Positions 53,601 to 64,000 of a stretch of 64,000 bases of DNA are shown piece by piece. Positions within the stretch are counted from its first letter, which is position 1. Each line of letters opens with the position of its first letter. The notes beneath the pieces were generated by a model. It did no database searches, was not told the DNA's origin, and worked only from the letters and a program-made list of their open reading frames with translations. Origin of the DNA: Sphagnum compactum (lineage: Eukaryota). The stretch covers positions 2,046,001 through 2,110,000 of the forward strand of contig OZ234493.1 in assembly GCA_965153455.1 (NCBI GenBank). Direction: 5' to 3'. The position numbers and the translations under genes are program-made.

Positions 53601-56469
53601 AAGCTGGATACAGTAAGCTATGAAGAGCACTCACATGCAAAATGTAAGCTCCTCAAAAAGACTAAATGTGCATCCTTAAGTATAAAAAGCAAAAAAAAAC
53701 TGAATCTAGCCTCTTGCAAAGATTTGGGTTTGTAGTATGATTCTCACAACTTTACTTGCTGATAAAATAATTGGTGGATGTTGTGCAGCTGCCAAGACTG
53801 GAAAGACTGAATCTACAGCAAAACTTTATCAAAGGAATTCCTGAAGAGGTATGTTCCATATCCATGGCTCTGGGGACATGTTTCTATGAGGCACTGGCCT
53901 TGTCTATTGAATTGTGTACCATCACACATATCTTGACAATGAGTGGGACTCTGAAGTCTGAATGGCATCCACTCGTGATCCAGTGCTTGTGCAAACACCA
54001 CTTCTTTCGCGCATGAGCAATTATTCAATTGAATTAGAGGACCCATCAGTCATGCTCCAGTGTCATCTGACAATCCCAGAGTTTGCCAATTGTCTTATCA
54101 CAACATTGCAGCACTGTATCATATGCATGTTTGAAGTGGACTTGGCAGGTCATGTCGATTAGCAATTCATTTTGTCAAATGGAAGTTTTGCATCTTGCTT
54201 CCAATCCAGTTGCAGACTATCAAAGATTGACACCTTTGAAACGGATCAGCAAATTGTGCAAGGTAGTTGGGGCATGATTCATGCACAAATTGCAAGTTCA
54301 GCCTGTATTTTTCAAAATAACATCTGCAATCATCATCTTTGTACACAGTCTTGTCATCATGCTTGCTCCTAACTATATACGAGCGTGCTTTCTTAGGTTA
54401 TGTTATGGGACACTCCTATGGCTGGAAGGGTGGCATATGACAGCACAGGGAAATGCCTATCAATTTCCTCGCCTATCCTTCAGGCGGCAATGGAAGCACA
54501 ACAAGCACACCAACACTGGTTGCTAGAGAAACCAGTTATGAGAAAGCCAGATATTAAGCATGAGGAAATAATGAAATATGTTGTTCGGCCCCCAAAACCA
54601 TTTCAACATGTATGTTAAAATATCAACATAGACTTTCTTACAGTTTGTGCTTCTATGGGTTGTTCCAATTTGTAAAAACCTACACCCACACCCAGATTTC
54701 TATTGTATGTGGACGCATGCTTACAGAGTGGAAGAACCCATGGGGCATTTGAGAAAACAAAACACCTACATGTGCAGGCATTTCATTTTCCAAATCCCCT
54801 GCATCACTTTTTACCTTTTCTCCCATCATACCCAACAAGTGTCCCATGGGCACCCGCCGGGTATCATGGGAAAAGGGTTTTTATTTTTAAAATCTGTCAG
54901 ATTTTATGCTGTGTAATGCCAAAAGTAATTATTTACTTTTGAATCGATATTTGTGCAGGTGATCTTCACTGGTGAAAAGATGGCGGCAGCAATTGACAAA
55001 CTTGGCCAGAAAGTAGCTGAGAGCTGCCCAAATACTGTGCAGGGAGAAGATGAACACATCCTTGCTGGCTCCACCAGCACTATCATGCCAGTAAATCATC
55101 CATTCTTTGCATGTCTGTGGAGGACAATGTCCTTCCAATGCTCACCTTGTTTTGAGTCAAAGACTCTGCAACAGGGCTTCTTGACTACTGCTATCAAATA
55201 TTATCTCTGCATGCTAATGCACAATCTGTCATAACAGAAAGAAGAGGGCATGGATGCTCAAGTGGCTATCGGTGAATCTGGAAAAATGTCACCCCACTCA
55301 TCTGAGTCCACACAATGTCCCTCACCACTCATTTTGGAGGTACTTTCCAATCAATTGAAGATCTTGCTCTGCCTACTCTAGACTGTTCGGTTGTAAAAAC
55401 ATTCAAACAGTTTTGTCATAGTGATTGTGTCAACAATAACCAGCTTGACATGGTTGTTGTCAGTAAATTGTCCGCTTTTCCACTGCATTTAGCCATACCA
55501 ACATGTGGTCTTTGAGAGGCAGCAAGTCTTAACCATCTACCATTGTTTGACCTCTATTTCATATGCAATGTGTATTACACAAGAAAAGGAGAAGCATTAA
55601 ACTTCTACTCAATCTATGACTAAATTGTCTATGACCTGCAGGCTCCAAATGAATCAGTCCTTTCCACTAACCACCCTGCACACCACACAGGAGCTACAAA
55701 AGATGCAGGATTCAGAAAGTCCTATCCCTCATCACATGTCAGAAGCCAATGCTGCTGTGATATCACTGAAGCTAGCTCTCAAAATGATTCCATTTAGGGA
55801 GGTACGCTACTTCCATAATTACACACCATGTCTTGTAAGTATGGAATCTGAAATCAGTGTCAGGATCATTGCAATACTCATTCTGCGGCCACGTCAACAT
55901 ATTCAAGACTGAGTGATGGTGGTGAAGTTCTGATGTCAATGCAGCCTGATCTCAACCCACCAAGTTACCGCATGCCTACAAGACTGGGACTCATCCGCTT
56001 TCACCAGGAAAGAATGAGCTTGGAACCACCAATTAGTTCCTGGAAGAGGACCTTGAGCATGGCACATAAATTTGCAAACCGAATAGAGGTATGTGTCAGT
56101 ATTTAATGTTTCTTATCTTTGTTGAAGACTACCTGTTTTGTCTTGACTAACTGTGTCTGCCCTACCCAAAACTTTCTGGGTGGGGCTTCCCTGGTGTTTC
56201 TGCTCCGCCTTTTATCCCTCCATAGTGAAACAGCAATGGTGGTTTCTCTAGCAACAGCATTTCAAAAAAGAGTGTATTGAACAAAGCTAATTGATCAACA
56301 GAGTGAGGCCAGAGCTGATGTCCGGACCATTCTGGAGACAATGAAGGACAAGCTTGAGGAGATTGAGAATCATGTGGTTTGCGTCATATCTGAGCAGAAA
56401 TCCTCATTCAATGGAAACATTGTAACCTGCAGCCCCACATCATCATTGGAGGAGGCTGAGTTGGGGTAA
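50606..56469 (+). CDS. Leucine-rich repeat protein, XRRA1-like. Core exons about 51894-52243, 52526-52669, 52929-53027, 53148-53354, 53789-53848, 54148-54261, 54397-54609; further exons run to a stop at 56469. The link to the 50606-51643 low-complexity ORF is unresolved
   Basis: LTSQLLLDQGGVDEPENL..FTALRYLDLSDNYVSMESLATLPSLQKLSLQCNQL..FALLENLDVSYNIL..LSSLPLLRKLNVDHNNL..FPSLQKLSAAGNSL..LPRLERLNLQQNFIKGIP..MEVLHLASNPV. The LRR call is firm; XRRA1 affinity is from recalled motif order. Confidence 0.7.
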
Positions 56470-56629
56470 AACTCACAAGAGCAAAATGTGTTCTGTCTCT
56501 GATGGACACAAAATATGCCTTCATGGTTGGTGACAGTCCTGAATCACAGAAAAATACACTGGGAACTTGATATATTTCCTTTCCTCACACCCTTGGCACA
56601 GTTTTGATGCACAAGCATCCAAATGGAAC

Positions 56630-56797
56630 ATGGGGTTTGGATTCTGGAAAGAACAGTTCTCAACAAAGCTCCAAGATGCTGATGCAAAACCTTGGGTTTG
56701 GAAAGAATGGTTCTCAACAAAGCACCAAAGTACTGATGCAAAATCTTGGGTTTGGAAAGAATGGTTCTCCACAAAGTGCCAAGGTACTGATGCAAAC
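56630..56797. repeat. 54-bp tandem repeat (about 3 units) between convergent 3' ends
   Basis: TGATGCAAA recurs at 56680, 56734 and 56788. Unit TGATGCAAAA.CTTGGGTTTGGAAAGAATGGTTCTC.ACAAAG..CCAA.GTAC. Confidence 0.9.
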
Positions 56798-57167
56798 TTC
56801 CTTGGTAAAATCCATAAACAATGTTGACAATGCTAGACACAAAATGGTTCAATTTTGTGCAATGCCCAGTTTTGCAAAATGGAGATGATTCTGTGTCCCT
56901 GTATACCAACTCTAAAATCCTGTACCTGCACATAAGATATGGTCATGGCTTGTAGAACCCAACCAAACCAACAGTAGTCCCCCCACAGTTCAATACCACT
57001 GATAATGTATAGCACTACCACACAGCAAGATTGATGCTAAAATTCAACTGCACCAGGTTCCTTTACCATTGCTGAAAGGTATAATTACAGTTCATACACA
57101 ATTGCTGCTACAAAACTCTTTTCACTCAAGGTACAAATGAGTTTTTGCCTGTTTTTAAGTTGCCAAA

Positions 57168-60100
57168 CTAGAGTGTCCATGATGCTCGAAGCATGAATGC
57201 TGGTGTTTGTGATTGCTTGTTTAATAGATAAACAAGGCCTGGTTGGAGGCTGAAGCCATGCCCACATCTCAACTTCATAAATGCCTCAATTTGCAATTGT
57301 GAGCCCCATTCCTCCCCTGGCAACACAAAAGTCCACAAAACCCATTTTCAATCATCAAAGACTAAGGCATAGAAATGCCCATGTAGACAGTAGTGGTTGG
57401 GGGCACCTCTACAAAGAGTTATCCTTCAAGCACAGGACTGGTGACTACTTGTCATCAACACAAAAATCGGAACAAAGGTGAGAAGAGGCACATGAGAGGA
57501 AAGCAGCACACGCACCTATACCATCACCCCCATCACTGCAACCAGGAAAATCATTATCTTCAGTTCTTCCCACACTCAACAGGTCAATCTTCGAACTTCC
57601 ACAACATATTCCCCAATCCACATCCACCCCGGAAGACCTTGCAAGACTCACAGCCCACCGTTTGTTCTTCTTATCCACTTCCTGAAGCCAATCCCCTCGT
57701 TCTACCTGTACCACAAACAACCGCCACCACAAAGGTTGCCTCCTGATTGCTCACATAGGAAGAGAAGTGGCCAGACAATTTTCATCTTCTGAAATGAACC
57801 ATACAGCAAAGAGCAGTAGAAGTGAGCTAACCTGTACCCAGCCTCCAAGACTCAGGTTGGCACCCACATCTATTTCTCCAGCAACGGCAACTGATTGCAT
57901 AGCAGTACCCTGATTTTCAGGAAAGGCCAAACTCCCTCTATCAGCATCTGCAAGAGGTGTTCCCCAAGAAGCATTGGCAGACAAATCTAGGGGGTTGTCC
58001 AGTGAGTTGCGCAAAGAGCGAGGACTACCCAAGTTAGCACTGCTGGTGCTTGTACGACGTGAGCGCATGCTTTTGGCAAGGACCAGTGCTCCCATTTCGC
58101 TCCAGTGCAAGCCACTGGAGGAAGGGAGGGGTGGGCTAGGCCAGAATCGGTTGACTGCAGAGAGAGAAAAGACTGAATTCTCCCATGGTTGAAACAAGAT
58201 TTGTGCCAGTGTGCTCAGGCAAAGTGGCCCATTACTGGAACTGTCAGGGGAGAGGGATGACCCTGAGCCCCAATCTGACAGGTACTGTGAGACTGATAGT
58301 GCTGAACTGTTTCCCTTCAAAGTAGCTCCCAACGCTGAACCATAGCAATGATTGTACAATGCTGGCCCTGCTCTTGCAAATTCAGTAAGAGCCTGACCCT
58401 GTACAGAGAGGCATCATTGTCAGCCTCAACACTCTTCTTTAAAAAGTAGCACATGAACAACAACCCAGTTTTTTAGTGTGGCATGCAAAAATTTCCTGCA
58501 AGAAGGGCTGAGGAGCTAATATTTCTGCCAGTCTTGGAATAACAAAAGCACCAACCTGCAAAGGATTAACAATCTCAGTCATGTCACTGCCATGAGCTCC
58601 CAGAGGTGCAACCATGACTGTCAAATCATCTGTAACATGGGCGGAGTAGATGATTTTGGTGATAGATATGGGACCCCCCAAAATGCTCCTATCACTACCT
58701 GAATGTCCAGCTGTACACTGTGTAAGCAGAAGATCTTTCTCTCTGAAAGGTGTCTCAAATGTGAACCTAATGTCCAAACCTGTGTGCAACCCAGCTTGCA
58801 CTATTGCTGCTCGTGAACAACGGCTACTATTGTCCTCCATCAGTACAAAAGCTGTGCCTGCATTGACCTCCCCCTTTAGATGTGTCTTGGCAGGTCCAGT
58901 TGAATCTTCACCAGAGGCTGCCTTTGACTGTCGTAGCCCAGTATGATGCTCAAGCTTGTCTAGACGCTCCCGAACCTTCAGTAAATCCGCAAAAGCCTCT
59001 CGCTGCAACCGCTTCAATGCACCTGTCTGCAAGAGTACAAAAATTGGTAAGACATATCCCCAAAAACAAAAAAAAAGTGTGTACCCATACCTTGATACAT
59101 ATAAATGTCTAATTCTCGTGCTTTCAACAAGTAATTTGGAAACTACAGGATTTGAGAACATTGATGAATCACATGAAGAATTACTAGTGGGATGGTATAC
59201 CTCTGAACTCTTGGCAAGAGCCTCATCCCCAGTTTTGTCCCCAAGAAGCTTCACTGCCAGTGCTGCTGCATCTGCAGCAGCTGCTTCTTTCTCTCTCTCT
59301 TTTCCACTGAACACACTCGAATTTTTAGGCAAACCTAGTATACAGCCAAATGCAAGTATCCTTTGAATCAAACAAGCCATCAATCTCGTTCAAACACATC
59401 TGGTGCTTAAGTCAATAACAATAGGCTTATGATCAGGGCTAGCATTCAGGCTTCATCAACCTGATTCCACTCAGTTCAGTTGAGTGTTTGCTTCTTTCAG
59501 GTTCAGTTCAGTGTCACTTCTTTCTCAATCACAGTGTTGCAGTACCAAAGCCCAAGAAGAAATGGAATCACAAAGGTAGCTCTTTGCATAGAAGATTGCA
59601 AAGATGAATTTACCAAATGCAGATTGAATTTTGTCTGTGTTGCTGGTTTCATTTGGAGCAAGGAAGTTCAAACAATCTTCTGTTTTTTCGTTGCCAGAAA
59701 TGCCACCAGCTGAGGTGGCTACTACTGGGTGTGCCTTTGAATCATCTCCAGATGCTTTGGAAGGTGCCTTCACTCCTGAGAAAGGTCCTTTCAAATGCTT
59801 GGCAAAGTGCTCCAGCTCCTCTCCCACACCATTCCTCTTCATCCACCCCTTGCGAAGCTCTCTGAAGGGCGCATCTCCATCAGCTGCTACATCCCCAGCA
59901 GCTGTACTCAACGATGCCAGCATTCGATTTCTCCTGCTTTTATAAGATGTCTCTGGAGTTAGGGTTTCATCCTCCTCCCCATCTATGAAGATGGAATTTG
60001 CTTTCAAGCTACTACCATCAAACCTCCCATCCCCATTTCCTCCACCTCCTCCACCACCACCTCCTCCTCCATTTCCATTTCCACCAGTTCCACCATCTCC

Positions 60101-60685
60101 AATTCCTTTACCAGTTGCAAGTCGACAGGATTTCAGATTCAGACGAGTATTCAAAAAACGTATCCCTCTTGCAGTCAGCGCAGCAGCTACACATCCCAGA
60201 ATGCCAACCTTGGCATTCTGCGGCACAGTAGGTCTCCCAGGAGCTGCTTCCTCAGAACATTTAGCTTGAGGTTGTTTCAAACCTGCTTCTGCAAGGTTTG
60301 TCACAGCTCTGGAGAATACTGTTTCTTCTTTTACAGAGGTGGTACTACCAGCATTCCCGATATCCGAAACAAATGACGAAAGCCCAACAACAGTGTTCGA
60401 GAAAAGCATATGATGATGCTGGCGTTGTTTTTTCCTTGGCCATGTCACAAAGCCTTCTTGAACGTCCTCATTGCCTGCAGTTACTAACAAAACTCCCCTG
60501 CATTTCTTTTTCTTTTTCTTCTTCTTCTTCATCGTCGTCGTCATACTCATCGTTCTCATCTCCTGAGAAAACCTCGAAAGGATGTCGACATTCGCGAGCT
60601 TTGAACTTGTGTACACTGGCGGAGAGTTATGCCCTCCTGTATGGGAAAGCAAAGCAGGCCATGGCAACAACAGATCTGAACCCAT
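57168..60685 (-). CDS. Uncharacterised protein, putative plastid-envelope beta-barrel resembling cyanobacterial OprB-type porins. Exons 60685-59614, 59334-59201, 59026-58556, 58398-57832, 57705-57522, 57316-57168
   Basis: Six GT-AG exons join in phase. Poly-Gly in exon 1; LKRLQREAFADLLKVRERLDKLE, THLKGEV, IRFTFETPFREKDLL; C-terminus IEAFMKLRCGHGFSLQPGLVYLLN..PAFMLRASWTL*. Confidence 0.75.
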
Positions 60686-60782
60686 TTGCCAAGGAGCTTA
60701 ACTGCAGTGAATGCAGCTGGATTTACGTCAAACCCACGTGACTGAAGAATGAATTCACTCACCATCATCATCATCTCTCCCC

Positions 60783-60889
60783 AGCTGCTTCATTCCTGAA
60801 ACCCTAACCTCTCTCCCGAGCTTCTTCATCCCTGAAACCCTAACCTCACTCCCGAGCTTCTTCATTCCTGAAACCAATTAGGGTTTCAG
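60783..60889. repeat. 36-bp tandem repeat x3 containing telo-boxes, upstream of the putative porin gene
   Basis: CTGAAACC at 60796, 60832 and 60868. Units 1-2 carry AAACCCTAA; unit 3 runs into an inverted TTAGGGTTTCAG. Confidence 0.88.
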
Positions 60890-63699
60890 AAAGCAACACT
60901 GGGATTCCAGACATTTGTGCTGCCGGAATTGGGTTGGACGCAAGCTCGCCCATAACCATCATCAGCTGCCTTCTTTCTAGATTTCTTTCAAGACCCAGAT
61001 CTGGACTCATCCGTCGTCCAATTCTTTCAACTGCTGCTGCTGCTGCTGCGACTGTCCAAAGGATCTCCGCGTTGAGGAAGAAGACGACGAAGAAGAAGAT
61101 GCCTCATTAGCGGGAACTACGCATTCTCTGTGGATCACAGTCGTCCGCGCCTGACGGACGGGCGCACAAACGGTCATGATCCAAAAATTTTGAATTTAGG
61201 GTTTCGTGGGAGAGGGGTGGGGAGGGTGGGGTTTTACGTCCAGGAGACTTCCCTGCGTAAAGAAACCATGGTTTGGGACTTACACTCCGTGTAAATGTAA
61301 ATCCCACAATGAAATTTATTTGCCCTCCATGCAAGTGTAAAAATAAATATATTTATATAATTTTTATGTGATCCAATATAAAAATGTAAATGTAAAAAAT
61401 ATTTGTATTTATATGATTTTACATGACTATATAAAACAATGTAAAAAAATGTGATTTTTACTTGAGGAGGGGAGATCTCATAATTTTTTGATGATAAGCC
61501 AGCTAAATAGCCCATTGCAAAAAAATTTTAAAAAAAGAACCCCATCACAATACCCACAATTTATGTCCCTTCCCTTCTAAGATGAATATTCATGAATATG
61601 GTGCTTTCCAAATACACTCGGGAAATTTCAAGTGCTTTTATGGACAAAAATATAATGTCCACACTACAAGCATAAGAGCTTTCATATTTCTATGCCAATT
61701 CCTAGGAGCTTTGTAAGGGAGCTTCATATTTCTATGCCCAACTATAGAACTTTTTTTATGTTTCTATACCAAATTGTGGAACATTCATGACTACATGCCA
61801 AATCATGGAGCCTTTGTGTTTCCGCTTGATTATTGATCATTGTGTGGGGTAAGGTCTTTGGAATAGGGCATCCTCAAATTTTAGACATGCCTTCAATCCC
61901 ACCTTGAGCAACATGCCATGCCCTGAACTTAATTTGGGCACACCTCATTCTTAGGGTCATGGTGTAGATAATTGTAGGGAATTTAATGTTGATGTTTGAA
62001 TAAATGAATGATTTTAGAAAGTTTTTGATGCAATTTTAATATATGCCCAAAAAAAGTTTTGATTACATATGAGATGAGAAGATTTGTATATATATACGAT
62101 GGATGTTAGGCCTTTGGATAGATAGATGATTGATTTTGGGAAAGTCTTAACACAATGTTAGTATACTTGAGTTGGGTTCGACAAAGAGTGGTGAAGAGTG
62201 ATGAAACTTCTTTGAAATACTATTGTAATTAGTGGCAAAAAGAGAATTGCAAATTAAATATGTGGAGAACATTAGGATTATGATTCAATAAGCGGGTGCC
62301 ACAATTTGTAAAATCCCATTGGTGAAATCAATTTGGTAGTTTATTACAATTTGATATTTATGAAATTGTTTTTAACATACATGATTACATGATTCCATAG
62401 TTGAATTAGACTCATCAATTTCATCATGGAATATTACACAGCGTTAGGCTTGTTGAATGATATCAAAGGTGAAAAATTTGTCAATTTTCAATTTTTATAA
62501 CAAAAATGCAACTCAAAGCACACCCCTTAGTTCCCATTAAAAAAAAGTGTGGGAGTTTTGGGAGGGGACTAGGACAAACTTAAATAAGTGAATTCAAAGA
62601 AATGTTAATTTGCAAACCCAAAAAAGAAGGTGGTTAATGTAAATTGTAAACGAATTGGTGCATGAATTAAATCACAAAATACACGCTTACATGATTTCAC
62701 TATAATCCCAATTTAAAAGAGTTATCAGTCTCCTCCTTATTATATATTGTAAGTACTACATGCATTAAATTGACAAAAGAAAATTTAGGATAAGATTGGG
62801 TTATTGGATCATCCAAGAGAGGAAAATAACAAGAATTACAATGACATGGCGATACTTGAATTTTTTAGGACGAACTCCATTCCATTGAAGAAGTTCTTTG
62901 AATTGAAGAGACTCAATTCCAACACATGCTAGCATAGTTATCTCAACTTTGGAACAATTAAAGGAAAAAGATGTGTCTAGTGTTTAATTTTGAATAATCA
63001 ATTCTTAGAAAAATTTCACTCATTGCTGAAATCATTAGAGTACCTATTCTTTCTTTCTTTCATGTGATTTGTTGTTAAAAAAAAAACCAACAATACAAAT
63101 TTATGAGCATATGGTTAAAGGTTTAGTTTGTAAAGGATATAGAATGGAGTGGATAACTTACAGGCATGTACATATTTGTGGAGTTCCTACATATTTGAAA
63201 TCCTTGAATTTCAAAGATTCACAATGAAAATTGTGAGTCCATCCAATCAGTGCAATCACTAGGGTAGTAATCAATGATCCCTAGGGGTGATCAATATGTG
63301 ACCCTGCACATTAAAATTGGAGAAGAGAAGTCAAAAAAACATGCAGGTTTGGCTCAGCAAAATGGTCTTGGCCCAGTGTTTTTACACAGTTTGCCAAGGC
63401 TGATAAAAGAAAGGCACTCCAAAGGCTAATTCACCCAGGAAACAAGAGTGCAATAAATATGATTTGACTGTTGCTCGCTATTTCTGATTGGCCGATCATA
63501 ATGATTTGACGAGGTGGGTGGTTTGCTATTAGTAGTCCCCCCCCCCCCCCTCCCCCCCTCCCCCCAACTAAGTTGGAGTGGAGTCCCAGTTTTCGGTTTG
63601 ATGCGTGGGGTTGAAAAAAGTGAATAACTAAACTTGGATGTGAGAAGAGATCATAATTTTCCAAATTTACAAACAAATTTGGTATTCATTTCGCTTCTT

Positions 63700-63919
63700 G
63701 AGTGTGCATTTGCGTGCTTAGTAGTGTCTCGCTCGCAGCGAAAATGGTGGAGCTCCAGAGGAAGAAGACGAAGAAGAAGAAGAAGAAGCAGCCGCGGCGG
63801 GATACAAAGCCAAGAGCACTTCCTCATGCGTGAAGCTCTCTGAAGGAAGGAGAACTTGAGGAATCAGCAAACCTTTCTGCTGGTGCTGATGATGATGATG
63901 AACGTGAGCAAAACGTTAG
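63700..63919 (+). other. Probable first (UTR-like) exon of a gene continuing beyond the window
   Basis: GAA/GAT microsatellites, rise in GC, short ATG ORF MVELQRKKTKKKKKKQ..*, donor-like TTAG|GTACC. Confidence 0.3.
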
Positions 63920-64000
63920 GTACCCTTTTGTCCAATTTTGGTGGGAAGAAGTGCAAATGTGAGAGCTTTGAAGGCTGAACGGGTCCGAGAGCTCACGCGT

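Noticed and set aside
56630-60889. Tandem repeats as CRISPR arrays
   Set aside because: No unique spacers, and the context is eukaryotic.

Overview
Eukaryotic, intron-rich land-plant nuclear DNA. GT-AG introns, GA/AAG/CAG microsatellites, telo-boxes and CCTAC-rich repeats suggest a bryophyte, probably Sphagnum-like (inference). Housekeeping genes built by hand from splice sites: GDPD-type glycerophosphodiesterase (5'-partial), glycyl-tRNA synthetase, membrane-anchored UDP-glucuronate decarboxylase with an AT-AC U12 intron, PRA1 Rab acceptor, RabH/Rab6 and mitochondrial ATP synthase gamma. Three loci stand out. (1) A six-exon minus-strand gene (57168-60685) whose spliced C-terminal part follows the motif order of cyanobacterial SLH/OprB-type porins, behind a long extension with a poly-Gly tract. 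(2) A highly diverged AP2-domain gene (24868-28063) that keeps euAP2-like 31-nt and 88-nt exons but has in-frame TAA stops, inside an ~8 kb repeat-bounded block. (3) An XRRA1-like LRR gene head-to-head with the ATP synthase gamma gene. All product calls are from motif recognition; no searches were run.
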